This document shows, piece by piece, positions 50,238 to 60,976 of a DNA stretch of 64,000 nt (its first letter is position 1; the number at the start of each line of letters is the position of its first letter). Under the pieces are notes generated by a model that saw nothing but the letters and a program-made list of their open reading frames with translations, was not told the DNA's origin and searched no databases. Source of the stretch: a virus; IMG/VR virus record IMGVR_UViG_3300025162_000043, positions 14,055 to 78,054 of that record. One strand, written 5' to 3'. Both the position numbers and the translations under genes were made by a program.

Positions 50238-50596
50238 TTTTTTAATAGTTCTGGGTTTTCAAACATGTTACCAATTATTTTGAAATTCAGCATATAATCC
50301 AAATTAAGGAATGCACCGCCGCTGGTTTTATCTATTCTTCTCACTTGGAAGGCAGCATTGTCCTCGGCCCAGATTATTTCTGCGATGAAGTCTCTATTAA
50401 ATTTTACAATGTCGCCTTCGCATATTTCGTTTTTATTTTTATCATTAAGTCCAATATATTGTTGGATGACATATCTGTTACCACAGCAATCATCGGTATG
50501 GCATAAAGTAGCATCAATATACAATCCGAATCCCATCATATTCTTCAAGAATTTATGATCTTTTTTATCCCAAACTCTAACTCTTGTATCGTTCAT
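50234..50596 (-). CDS. YopX-family protein
   Basis: RVWD...QYIGLNDKNKNEICEGDIV...IGNMFENPELL. Confidence 0.9.
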   Translation of the reverse strand: MNDTRVRVWDKKDHKFLKNMMGFGLYIDATLCHTDDCCGNRYVIQQYIGLNDKNKNEICEGDIVKFNRDFIAEIIWAEDNAAFQVRRIDKTSGGAFLNLDYMLNFKIIGNMFENPELLKK

Positions 50597-50938
50597 AATT
50601 ATTAGTTTTCTTCGTGGAATCCAATAGACAGAAGGTCTTTCTTAATGAGGGTACGGGAGTATTGGTGTTCTCTTTGTTTATCCCTAGAGCGTGCCCGTTT
50701 TGAACGTCGAGAGTGATACGTCTCATTGGGCCATTCGTCATGCCCTGGGCAGCATCCATTAACGGTTCTACGTAATTTATAATTGAAGATTTCCCGTTTC
50801 ATTGCCAGTAATATAACACACTTTGAGTGGTTGTCAACGGATCTTTTGTAATTCGGAGGAAGGATGCTGTGCCAGTAGTTATCTATATTTAATATTCGGT
50901 GAGGAAGGGTTAAATATACATTGACAATGAGATAAGAA

Positions 50939-51403
50939 TTGGATATAGTAAGAAACAATATGGATAATAACAACAATTCGATTTATATCATAGAGCCATA
51001 TAGAAAGTATGGGACGTGGGTATTTGATGACGATAAACGGGGGTTAGTGGAGGAGCCATTCGTATTTGGAATGCCTGCGATAATAAACAAGGTGGTAAAT
51101 GATAATGAATGCCATCAGTGTCGATTTATATTTTCGGATACGGAAATACCCGAGTATGATTTGGTATTAAACAAGATGAAAGATAAACCTGACATTATAG
51201 GAGCGTGGTATGAGTCATCGCAATTAAAAATGAGTGGATGGTTATGTCCAGCATTAGGATTATATTTTAAGACACCGCCAGAAAGTATTTATATCAAGGT
51301 TGAGAAGATAGATAGAATCCACGAAATTTCGATGAATAAAGTAAATCAGAATATGCCCGAATCAAGAATATTAGAAAAGGAGATATTATATGGAAAAACA
51401 TAA
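50939..51403 (+). CDS. DUF6717-type protein (likely start 50960)
   Basis: NSIYIIEPY..GTWVFDD..GLVEEPFV.G...GWLCPAL..YF..PPE.IY. Confidence 0.7.
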   Translation: MDIVRNNMDNNNNSIYIIEPYRKYGTWVFDDDKRGLVEEPFVFGMPAIINKVVNDNECHQCRFIFSDTEIPEYDLVLNKMKDKPDIIGAWYESSQLKMSGWLCPALGLYFKTPPESIYIKVEKIDRIHEISMNKVNQNMPESRILEKEILYGKT

Positions 51404-51419
51404 GAACGTGAAATTATTA

Positions 51420-51986
51420 TCATGTTATTCCCCGTACAATTTTCTCTTGTTCGGTGGTCAACTGTTCGGGCATTTTTAAAACCATGTGTAGTTGCAAAAT
51501 AATTTCAGAGTTATTTGTTTGTGATACTTTTAGATGAAACGTCTTACCTGGTTCTGTTTTCGGTGGTAGATTGAACTTTATCTTCCCATGTGGAGTTGTT
51601 GCGGTATATTCTTTATCACCGAAGATCATTTGGGGAATCGTCATTATTCCTTCTGCGCTGATTATTTGTTGTTGGTGGAATGAGAATCCTCTGTTTTGAT
51701 CCATATTGATATTAATACCTCCCATAAATTGGGAGAAGAATGATTCAAATGGGTCGTGTCGTATATTATGGCGAGGTGTTGAGCGATTATCATATTCGGC
51801 CTTTTTTTCTTCGTCAAGAAGAATATCACGGGCGGCATTTAAATTTTTGCATAATTCTTCATTGCCACCGACATCTGGATGGGCATCTTTTATTTTTGTT
51901 TTATAGGCAGATTGGATTTCTTCTGGGGTAGAATTTTTATTTACCCCAAGTGTTTCGTATGGATTTATAGTTGTCGGTGATTTCAT
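51420..51986 (-). CDS. DnaJ-domain co-chaperone
   Basis: NPYETLGV...AHPDVGG...YD; partial DnaJ C-terminal region. Confidence 0.88.
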   Translation of the reverse strand: MKSPTTINPYETLGVNKNSTPEEIQSAYKTKIKDAHPDVGGNEELCKNLNAARDILLDEEKKAEYDNRSTPRHNIRHDPFESFFSQFMGGININMDQNRGFSFHQQQIISAEGIMTIPQMIFGDKEYTATTPHGKIKFNLPPKTEPGKTFHLKVSQTNNSEIILQLHMVLKMPEQLTTEQEKIVRGIT

Positions 51987-52049
51987 GTTTGCCGTTAATC
52001 TAGCATATTTTCTCCAATTGTCAACCAGGAAGTGAATATATATTAAGGT

Positions 52050-52343
52050 ATGAAGGCTTTATTGAAGAAATTGGACATGATAATTGAATTGCTTTTGAAG
52101 GACCGAGAGGACCGAAAGAAAGAAGCAGACGCAAGGGAAGAAAAGAAGAAAGCAAAAGAGAGTGCTGAGGTTGAGCAAATGTTAGTAGAGTATGCTAAAA
52201 GAAAGGGCAAGAGAGTTCCAACGGGTGGGATATGGAATAGTCGGGAGGCTCAAGACAGACCTATCAATAGCGGGGGCGAGTTAATCCCCGCAAATCTTTC
52301 TTCTACAGAAAAACAGATATTGAGGGATTTCTATGATTCTTAA
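52050..52343 (+). CDS. hypothetical protein
   Basis: 97-aa ORF. Confidence 0.65.
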   Translation: MKALLKKLDMIIELLLKDREDRKKEADAREEKKKAKESAEVEQMLVEYAKRKGKRVPTGGIWNSREAQDRPINSGGELIPANLSSTEKQILRDFYDS

Positions 52344-52358
52344 TGATATTTATAGTGC

Positions 52359-53324
52359 ATGACTAAAACATGCACTCAATGCAATCATAATAAATCTACA
52401 AACGATTTTTACAAACATCCGACTACGATTGATAAATTGCTGCCCATTTGCAAACAATGCCAAAAAGAACGAAGCAAATTGTATCAGCAAACACATAGGG
52501 AAGTTCAGAGACGAAGCAATCAAAAGTGGAGAGAAAAAATAAAAGGATTCTACGGGCAATGGAAAAAGAATTGTCCATCATGTGGGAAAGAACAAATTTA
52601 TACTAATGAATACGCATTGAAACAATCAATATCTGAAAATTGGAAATGCCGTAAATGTAAATATCACCTTCCCCCGTTGCCCAAAGAAATATGGAAAAGA
52701 AATTGTCCCACCTGCGGTAAAGAAATCATTTATTCTTCAAAAGGGAATCTTGGCAGGGCAATAAAGAGTAACAGTAGTTGTTGTCACGTACGGAGGGGTC
52801 CAATGCCTGAGTGGGCATGTCGTAATCGTTCTGCCAAAATGAAAGGAAAGTTCATTGGACCCAAACATCACTTTTTTGGTAAACATCATCCCGAAGCTAC
52901 TCGGGAAAAGATAAGTGCAGCATTAACTGGTAAAATTCGAGGACCGGCATCGGAAGAAACGAAAAGAAAACTTAGAATAAGTAACCTCAAAAGGTTGAAT
53001 GAATTAAATATAGGTACGGCTATAGATAAGGGTTCTGTTGAATGGTTTTCTAAATACAACGGAGAAACACATAGCAACTTTGCCCCGAAAAGATTTATGA
53101 AAATTGGGTATGATGCCGATGGCTATGACTCCGATAAACACATATGGATTGAATATGATACTCCATATCACTCCTTGCGTCGTCAAAGAAAAAATGACAT
53201 TCTGAGAGAACACCGCATTATAAAATACTTTGAAGACCTTGGGGAGCCACTCGTAGAGTTCAAACGAGTATTAGCATATAATGGTGAAGAACTTATAACC
53301 AAATATAGGGGATATGGATATTAA
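52359..53324 (+). CDS. free-standing homing-type endonuclease (Zn ribbons + NUMOD3 + PD-(D/E)XK-like domain)
   Basis: CxxC repeats, FFGKHHPEATREKIS, DADGYD...IEYD..YH. Confidence 0.75.
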   Translation: MTKTCTQCNHNKSTNDFYKHPTTIDKLLPICKQCQKERSKLYQQTHREVQRRSNQKWREKIKGFYGQWKKNCPSCGKEQIYTNEYALKQSISENWKCRKCKYHLPPLPKEIWKRNCPTCGKEIIYSSKGNLGRAIKSNSSCCHVRRGPMPEWACRNRSAKMKGKFIGPKHHFFGKHHPEATREKISAALTGKIRGPASEETKRKLRISNLKRLNELNIGTAIDKGSVEWFSKYNGETHSNFAPKRFMKIGYDADGYDSDKHIWIEYDTPYHSLRRQRKNDILREHRIIKYFEDLGEPLVEFKRVLAYNGEELITKYRGYGY

Positions 53325-53362
53325 GGCTATTCTCGATGAGTTTTATAATGGACCACGTTAGT

Positions 53363-53956
53363 TCACGTGATTTCGCCTGGAGTTACTAAATTGTATCTAC
53401 TTCCATCATAAGATACTTGTGCTGGAGTAAATGATTTAACATCTCGGGGAGAACCTCGATAATCATTAAATCCCGTTAAATTCTCGAATTTATGAGCTGT
53501 CGTCGGATATGGTATAACAAAGTCCTTTCCGTGAACAGTTAGCAAATAATATCGAAATGGATTTCCTTCTCGGTATTTTGTCCAATATATTTCGTGTGAT
53601 CCCCCGTTTCTAAACACTAAGTCTATGTTTACGTCTTTTGGTAACATTCGTTTTAAATTAGCTACTAATGGCTCGTTAAATGTCTTAAAAAATGTTACAA
53701 TAATTGATGGAATATCATTCGATGTCGAAGAAGGTTGTGATTGAGATGACTGAGTATCATTTGATTGATTACCACTCAATTGCATTATTATTTTAGTTAA
53801 TGCGTTTTTTATTTCGCTGATATCATTCAGTTTCAAGATCGCATTAATTTCGGCAATTAAAACTGATTTCGGGTTGTTTTGCTGATCGGAATCTTCATTC
53901 ATTACAATTTTAAATTGATTTCCTTCAACACGTTCAAACAGATTTCGTTTATTCAT
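53363..53956 (-). CDS. hypothetical protein
   Basis: 197-aa ORF, S/Q-rich linker. Confidence 0.7.
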   Translation of the reverse strand: MNKRNLFERVEGNQFKIVMNEDSDQQNNPKSVLIAEINAILKLNDISEIKNALTKIIMQLSGNQSNDTQSSQSQPSSTSNDIPSIIVTFFKTFNEPLVANLKRMLPKDVNIDLVFRNGGSHEIYWTKYREGNPFRYYLLTVHGKDFVIPYPTTAHKFENLTGFNDYRGSPRDVKSFTPAQVSYDGSRYNLVTPGEIT

Positions 53957-53960
53957 ATGT

Positions 53961-54515
53961 CTAATATAAAGGATGTATCCAACTCTGGGAAATCATATTT
54001 TGGCTTACTACCATCGAAGTAACCCCGCCTGCTGTTTGTAGCCCAGCGATATAGTAATTTCCATCGGAAATATTTTGGAGAATCAGGTTCGGTTTTGAAA
54101 TATCAAATATTGCGCCATAGCTATTAGTAATGAATGCTTTTCCATATGCTGATTGGCTTACGGTGAGAGTAACAGTTGGTGCTGTACCATTGAGATAAAC
54201 GGCATAAGCATTGCCGTCAGTTGATGCTATGAGTTGATACGGATAATTTTGTTCAAAGAAGGATGGAGCCATTGTATAAGAGGCAGTGTATTCATTCTGG
54301 GTATAGGATGGACCAGAAGTAAAGCCAAGAGCAGATTGACTCACATACACATCTACAGCCCCTGCAGAGCCACTACTTGTTACCATATACCATTTTGCAT
54401 CATCGGCTGACTTCATAACGAGTTGGCCTATGGCAAAGCCAGCACCAACTCCATCATCAGTTGGACAGTTCACCAAATATGTTTTTCCTTTAGATTTTAT
54501 AAATCGTTGTTGCAT
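53961..54515 (-). CDS. hypothetical, possibly structural, protein with three internal beta-repeats
   Basis: L.S.D..Y.V...G....VSQS x3; CTATTTATA motif upstream. Confidence 0.7.
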   Translation of the reverse strand: MQQRFIKSKGKTYLVNCPTDDGVGAGFAIGQLVMKSADDAKWYMVTSSGSAGAVDVYVSQSALGFTSGPSYTQNEYTASYTMAPSFFEQNYPYQLIASTDGNAYAVYLNGTAPTVTLTVSQSAYGKAFITNSYGAIFDISKPNLILQNISDGNYYIAGLQTAGGVTSMVVSQNMISQSWIHPLY

Positions 54516-54708
54516 GAATATAAATAGTTTATTACTGGTCCTTTAAGTATAATCATAAAAGACAATAAAATTAGTGACTATTGCGCTCTCTATCTTTCTT
54601 CTTCAATAACTCTATTTCTTTCTCAAGCGTTTCTATCTTTCTGTAATGCCCCATACATCGCCACTTGGCGACTTAATCATTATAACTTAATATTCAGGAT
54701 TAATGCGG

Positions 54709-57515
54709 TCATCCCTTGGGGTTCTCGAAAACTAGATGATTTCCCAAGTCCTTAATCATTTTTCTAATCTGAGATGTGGTATCAAATGAGCTAACTTCCG
54801 CACTCGGATCTTCTTTCACTCGAAGTCTGTCAGTATTTAAATAAACAAATTCAAGTAAATTGGAAATGTCAGCTAGGTCTTTAATGGGCATTTCGTCATT
54901 ATCTATAGTCTCAGACGCACTTCCATTAGTTCTCCACCAATCGAAAGTACGGTAAGTGAAATTGAAACAGAAAAAACGAGAATCAGGAGAATAGGTACTT
55001 GCATATGTGGCAGCAGAAGCAACCACCCACCCTGGCATATACTCAAATGTATTCTGCACACACTGAACGATTTCAGCCCTGTTATTGGCTTGAATATCTA
55101 TTATTATTAATGTATCACCGCAGTGCATTAGATTTTAGATTGTGGCTTATTGGTCTTACCAAGATTGTATGCAGCTTCCACTGCCATTTCAATACAAGTC
55201 GAAACCTCAGCCAAAGAAGCCATATCCGAAAGAATAATGAATAAACTGTAGCGAGCAATCATTTTCATGTCCTTAATTTCCTCGGGTAATTCTTTCCGCT
55301 GTTCCAATTCTTGGCAGCACCATTCTGCAAGAGTTCTTATAGCACGCTTACGTTCAATTTCAAGTTTATCCGTAGTATAATCCGATCCTAACTGTTTAAT
55401 TACGTCGTCAATTTTCTTTTTTTGTTCTGGCGTCATTCAATGTCCTTTCGCATCTAGCTTAAGTAAATCCAGAGTTGTAAGATTGGGGTTAAGACATTGA
55501 GGACATGGAAAACTCTGAGGTTTCTTGCCATTTACTACGGTGCAATAAAAATTATCTTCTCCATACCTGCACCCATGTTTTATGCAACAACGTTCGGTAT
55601 GTATGTCCTTAATAACACGCCGTTTCTTTTTTATGCGAATTTTCATGTAGGCTCATTCAGAGCGAACCGTTGCATTCCTATATAAGCATATTCTTTACTA
55701 ATGAACCCTTCACTTTGTAAATATTTAATCACTGTATTTTCAGTGTTTACTTGGGCGGCTGTTAATTCATCAACGGACTTGGAAAGTTTATCTACTAGTG
55801 CTACAACATAAATATTGTCGCCGATATAGACTTCTATTTGGCCCACGGGCACTCGCTTCCACTTCTTGGGCTTCGATATTGGAATAATAGCTTCCTCTGG
55901 CAAATTACGAATAATTGAATCTAATTCTTGGGGAGTTAACATATTAATATCTTGGACTTATGTATCCGAAATCACTTTTTATCAATTTCAAGCAATATAT
56001 TCTTTGAGAGTGATAATTCCACCACAGTTCCCATTGGGACATTTTATCTGATATATAGGATTGGACCGAGAATATGGAAGCACAGCCATGTCTTTTGGAC
56101 TACATTTCACCTGACAACCACAGTGCTCGCATTCACCGCGATAGTCTTCATTAGGCTTATGGATTGGGCGTCCTGGTTTTAATATTTCCATATATATTTA
56201 TTCCTCAAAATTATTTGTATTGATATTATTTGTCTCAAGAATTAACACCCGTGCTTCGAGGTCGGAAATTCGTTTGACAATTGGTTGCATATCCATTTGC
56301 ACTTGGTTCTGATAGCTAAATTTGTAATTCCACGCCTTCCGAATTCGCCAACTACCATATGCAACGAAAATGAAAACTGCGAATGCAAGAATATAAACAA
56401 GAATATTTCTCATATTCACAATATTATTGTTTGTGTCGGTAATACATGAACAGGAGGTCTCCACAGAAGGACCATGAAGCAATCACAAGACCAATGGCAA
56501 ATGGCCACGAGAAAAATATCCCAATGGGAACTGCTCCAATCGTAACAAGGACCGCTTCTTGCACTGCCCATCTTTTAATGTTAAACATAGCATCAATATA
56601 ACACATTCGGGAGGTTTGTCAAGCGGGCACTGTTATTTCCCACTTGTGATCGGGGTCATGATCATCATCGCCCACGAAAATCTTTTTTGTCTTTATTTGT
56701 CTTTTTGCCTGTCGCTTTAGAGATTTGGGTCTTTCGGGACATAAATCGGAGATTACCAGTTCATCATAAATGACGCCGCCACTGTATTTGGGATGCTGAC
56801 ACATTGGAAGGGTCGCTTGCCCGTCCTTCTCCCACACAAACCACGGGCACTCTTGGCACTCAGTCACCGTCTTAGTTACTGGTTCCCACGTTCGAGTAAT
56901 AATTAATTTCATATCACTCCACAAAGGGGATTGCCACTCATCCATAGCCGTTTCTGATACTCGGGATTGTCTTGGGATTGACGTGTTAAATGGTATCCGG
57001 CGCAAACAGGACATTGATAGACCCGCCAAGTCTTAATTGCATTTTCGGAATACCTGCCAAGCATTGTTCCGAGAGCACAGTGAGCCTTAATCATGCTCGG
57101 GTATCGCCGCTTGGTGTAACACATTCTGTCAGCCTTGGTGAATTTCACAATTGTTTTCCAATACAATAGCCTACAGAGGCAGTAACTAATATAATAACAA
57201 CATCTAAAAATCCACCCCGCATATAGGCAACAATAGCAGCAATGGACATAATAGAAACGAATGTAATTTGATGCTTCATACGTTCGGTTCCATTTTAGAA
57301 ATATCCTGCCATCCATAAACTCTGACTATTTCGACTCCTGTCCACGTGCCCTTAGGAAGGACATCTCCATTGACTTTCTCTTTGGACAAGGCACACCAGA
57401 ACATGCCATTCCAATATCCGATATGCACATGGTCAATACTGTCACTTAACTCTCGTATAGCTACGAGTTGATAAGGTGGCGGTTTATCTTGTCTCCATCC
57501 AGAACACATACTCAT
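54709..57515 (-). CDS. cluster of small hypothetical proteins (54709-55128, 55128-55436, 55437-55646, 55643-55942, 55988-56191, 56198-56413, 56424-56588, 56619-56912, 56909-57124, 57276-57515)
   Basis: tightly coupled ORFs, several Cys-rich (e.g. YQCPVCAGYHLT). Confidence 0.6.
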
Positions 57516-57559
57516 ACAAGCAATGTAGCACATATGGGAGATTTGTCAAATGGAATGTG

Positions 57560-58651
57560 TCATTTCTTTAACACCTGCCAGAAAATTTTCTTCACTTGAT
57601 CGTCTGACAACGGTTTGCTGTCCAGTCTTGTGAAAACCATTGCGCTTCTACTGCTTATAGAATATGACGCCAATACCTTCTCTGCCTGTGCTTTACGAGT
57701 TGGCAAAAGACGAAGAGTATTTTCTACAAAATTATCAATTCCATCTACAATCTGTCGGACTTGTTTGGCGGCATCACATATATTACTCGCAAATCCTCTC
57801 ACCATATTCCAACATTCATAGTCAAACTGCGATTGTAGTTGTTTCTCAAACTCTTGGTAAGATGGTTTCCCATATTCGAAAAATAACTCCAATGTATTTT
57901 CAAGCGTGGCATTCTCTTTGAATCTATGAAGTCGCAAATAAGTATTTGCTTTTATTTTATGAATTTCGCGAGAATTATTAGAATAAAGACAAATACCTTC
58001 TTTCGTTGTCCATTTTGATATCTCGTCCAACAATTCTTCGGTGGAATTAAACGAAAATGATTCTGGTCGTTTTATCCCAAGGTCTTTTCCTAATCTATCC
58101 AAGTCAGGTTGATGCATTAAGGAATAGTCATTTTTATTTACAACACCGACAAGCCAAAATTGAGGTTCAGAACCATAATCAATTACTATTTTTAAATTTG
58201 GAGTAGTTATTTCTGCAAGTAGGGTACAATGAGAATTTACAGTTAACCATTCTTTAATCTTGGGAGATTTAAATAAGCAATATTCAAAATCGGAGGCGTT
58301 ATCAATGGTGGAGTAAGAAAACGTTCCTCGTGTTCTCATGCATAATTGTCCATTGACATAATCGAGGCAAACAAGTGAACCATCAATTTTTTCGACAAAA
58401 GAACAATTATCAATAGATAATGGAATTGGAAAATTTTCGGGGTTTTCTCCGAAATTTACAAATTTGAAAAATCCTCCACTCAAAAGTTCTCCCGTATCTG
58501 CCACCCATATACTTGAGCGAAATATCTTATTCTTTTGTGTAAACTTAGTTCCGATGTGGATTGGGGTTATTAATTTGGACGCCATACCGCCGAAGACTCC
58601 TTCTTTGAGTACGAAATCGGTAAAGTCGTAATCTGCGAAATTTATTTTCAT
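57560..58651 (-). CDS. RNA ligase (T4 Rnl1-like nucleotidyltransferase)
   Basis: FFKFVNFGE, EKIDGSL (motif I), EGIC, KIK. Confidence 0.85.
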   Translation of the reverse strand: MKINFADYDFTDFVLKEGVFGGMASKLITPIHIGTKFTQKNKIFRSSIWVADTGELLSGGFFKFVNFGENPENFPIPLSIDNCSFVEKIDGSLVCLDYVNGQLCMRTRGTFSYSTIDNASDFEYCLFKSPKIKEWLTVNSHCTLLAEITTPNLKIVIDYGSEPQFWLVGVVNKNDYSLMHQPDLDRLGKDLGIKRPESFSFNSTEELLDEISKWTTKEGICLYSNNSREIHKIKANTYLRLHRFKENATLENTLELFFEYGKPSYQEFEKQLQSQFDYECWNMVRGFASNICDAAKQVRQIVDGIDNFVENTLRLLPTRKAQAEKVLASYSISSRSAMVFTRLDSKPLSDDQVKKIFWQVLKK

Positions 58652-58681
58652 ACCATCAACATAGCACAGACATATAAAATG

Positions 58682-59092
58682 TCAAATGGAAAGTTGGAAT
58701 TTTTGAAACCGATCATTTTTCTGGTTGTTACAGCAGTGACAAAGTACTTGGAAATTGGTTGGGTCTCTCCACGCTCCTCCGGCAGCAATTTCAATTTTAT
58801 GATCCATCACCGCTTGCATATTGCCATCCGTTGTCCAAGGTTGAAGTCCTTGGCGTTTGCATTGGGCACAGGTAAGCCCATTCTTCTCGTCCATATGTTC
58901 TTTCATTTGTATTTTCATCCATTTATTACGGAGAAAATGCATACGGGTTTCTGTGTAAATACTCTTATCGGCAGCAAAATATTTTCTAGCTAAGAGACAC
59001 AGGTGAGCAGCAGAATTAATGGGAGGGTCTTTAATATGGACAACTTGAGTTGCCCAACTTTTAATCTCTCGGCTTTTAGAGCGAGTCATCAT
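58682..59092 (-). CDS. HNH endonuclease
   Basis: CAQC...DHKIEIAAGG..DPTNFQVLCHCCNNQK. Confidence 0.8.
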   Translation of the reverse strand: MMTRSKSREIKSWATQVVHIKDPPINSAAHLCLLARKYFAADKSIYTETRMHFLRNKWMKIQMKEHMDEKNGLTCAQCKRQGLQPWTTDGNMQAVMDHKIEIAAGGAWRDPTNFQVLCHCCNNQKNDRFQKFQLSI

Positions 59093-59175
59093 GCTATTTG
59101 TGAAGCATAATATTACCACCATTCGGGAAAAAGTCAAATAAAAAAGTAACTTTTTTCGCTTGGCGTGATATTTAT

Positions 59176-59458
59176 TTTGGTCGTCGCAGAAAACTCCTTG
59201 GTCTTCAGCCAAGGAGATGAATGCGACCCACAAATATAATTAGTTGACTTCTTCTGTGTCATAATATATATTGGTAATATGATTGAATAAGAGACGATAA
59301 TCAAGTCTCACAACACAATCAAAAAATAATTTTCTGGACATTCCCGCTGATTTAAGTCATCATGTTAATTTTAACTGGGGATACCCACAATCCGAAATCT
59401 GGGACGAATAACATTCAAATTAATACCCCCCGAGGCTAAAATCTCGGGGGTTTTTCAC
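59176..59458 (+). mobile_element. probable second gene-less IS200/IS605 derivative
   Basis: LE-like hairpin GTCGCAGAAAACTCCTTGGTCTTCAGCCAAGGAGATGAATGCGAC; RE-like hairpin CCCCGAGGCTAAAATCTCGGGG..TTCAC. Confidence 0.5.
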
Positions 59459-59476
59459 TGTTTTCGAAATCTTCGT

Positions 59477-60007
59477 TCATATTTCTTGCGCCAGTTTCTT
59501 CAATGTTGCATTTACCGTATCATCCAGCGTATTATAAATCGGGCACCATTTATCATTATCCATGCGTAATCCTTTTCGCTTGGAATCCTCTACCCACATG
59601 ATGTCTAAATACGTAATTCTATAAGCATTATCAGGTCGGCCATAGATCACCTTGCTTCGGTCACGAGCCATCCAATATCCTAATTCATGGTTCGTTGTAA
59701 GTCCAATTAATTCTCGGGTTCTTGGAATCCAGAACATAATGACATGAGACATACGCAAACAAGTGTATTCCCATATAGGAATATCGTAACGATACTTATC
59801 CGATTCAGTTTTATCGGTGAATTCGGGAATAATAAGATTGCCTTCAAACCCTTTGCTGGCGAATAGTCTAATTGCCTCAAATCGCCAAGAAGTTAAATGT
59901 GGTTGATTTCCTCTGACTGTCGGCCCCGCCAAGAACAGGGATGGTTTTGTAAAATCAATATCCGCAATTGGCGTTTCATATCTAATTTCTTTCAGTGGTG
60001 TTTTCAT
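59477..60007 (-). CDS. nucleoside 2-deoxyribosyltransferase-like protein
   Basis: LFLAGP...SWR...IPE...WEY...IMFWIP...TTNHELG. Confidence 0.82.
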   Translation of the reverse strand: MKTPLKEIRYETPIADIDFTKPSLFLAGPTVRGNQPHLTSWRFEAIRLFASKGFEGNLIIPEFTDKTESDKYRYDIPIWEYTCLRMSHVIMFWIPRTRELIGLTTNHELGYWMARDRSKVIYGRPDNAYRITYLDIMWVEDSKRKGLRMDNDKWCPIYNTLDDTVNATLKKLAQEI

Positions 60008-60010
60008 ATT

Positions 60011-60277
60011 TTATGTATGTGGATTAAATCCGCGTTTATTAATGTAACCAGCAGGACCATGCCCTACTCGTTGAACCATTTCACAGCGGTTACCGCCAAC
60101 GGTAGCAGACTTCTTACGCCATATCTCGGCACCATCCTCGGCAGGAACAATAGAGTGCCATCCCTTTACAGAAGGAAGTCGGGCATCCCGATAGTTCTCA
60201 CATTTGGAGAGTTTATCAGTCATTATACAATGCATTCTGTCTTTAGCCCTGCCATACATCAGATTAAAAAGTTTCAT
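60011..60277 (-). CDS. hypothetical protein
   Basis: 88-aa ORF. Confidence 0.6.
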   Translation of the reverse strand: MKLFNLMYGRAKDRMHCIMTDKLSKCENYRDARLPSVKGWHSIVPAEDGAEIWRKKSATVGGNRCEMVQRVGHGPAGYINKRGFNPHT

Positions 60278-60456
60278 GATTTCTTGCCTTTTTGTTTTGG
60301 GGTTGGTTTACCGTAATCACAATTGGGACAGATGCACCGAGGTTCACCACTTGGGACTAACCACGTAAGAATAGTCCAATGCGACTGAGTTATGTCTTTC
60401 GCATCGGCGAAAATACTTTTCTTTCCACAAATATTACATATTACAGTCCAGCGCAT
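60274..60456 (-). CDS. small Zn-ribbon protein
   Basis: CNICGK...CICPNC. Confidence 0.6.
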   Translation of the reverse strand: MRWTVICNICGKKSIFADAKDITQSHWTILTWLVPSGEPRCICPNCDYGKPTPKQKGKKS

Positions 60457-60681
60457 ATATCTACAATATAACATACTCCTTACCATTGTCAAACTGAATT
60501 TTGCGAAATCCATTTGACAGATGGGATAGTTTCGAGTATATTGGAACCATGAAGAAATTCTTGAAGTGGATAGGCGAATGGTTATTTATCATTTTTGTCC
60601 TCATCCCACTTCTTGTGGTGTCCTTATGTCTGTGGAAAAAAGAAATGGAAGACCATGATCGATCTAAATAAAGTTCGCAGT

Positions 60682-60749
60682 GTCAACAACCCCTAGCCTA
60701 AAGGCGTAGGGACCCTGAAGGGATAGGGGTTTCCGCAACGATAGAAAAT
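60682..60749 (-). mobile_element. IS200/IS605-family hybrid LE/RE scar
   Basis: TTCAT|attttctatCGTTGCGGAAACCCCTATCCCTTCAGGGT-CCCTACGCCTTTAGGCTAGGGGTTGTTGAC. Confidence 0.8.
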
Positions 60750-60965
60750 ATGAAAACTCTTGAAGCCTTGCATAAGCCGCTCAAGGAATTCGTTAATTTT
60801 GATTATGCTACTATGATCTCGGTCTACACCAAAAGTTATGGATGGGGCGAAGATGATTACGAAGCAGACAAGGAACGAGCAGAGTATTTGCTCGAACAAG
60901 TCGAACGCCGCATGAAGAGCCTTGGGCATTATTTGGCTAAAGAGAATAAGACCGTAGTTTTTTAG
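60750..60965 (+). CDS. hypothetical protein
   Basis: 71-aa ORF starting at the scar boundary. Confidence 0.6.
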   Translation: MKTLEALHKPLKEFVNFDYATMISVYTKSYGWGEDDYEADKERAEYLLEQVERRMKSLGHYLAKENKTVVF

Positions 60966-60976
60966 GTATTTCACTA

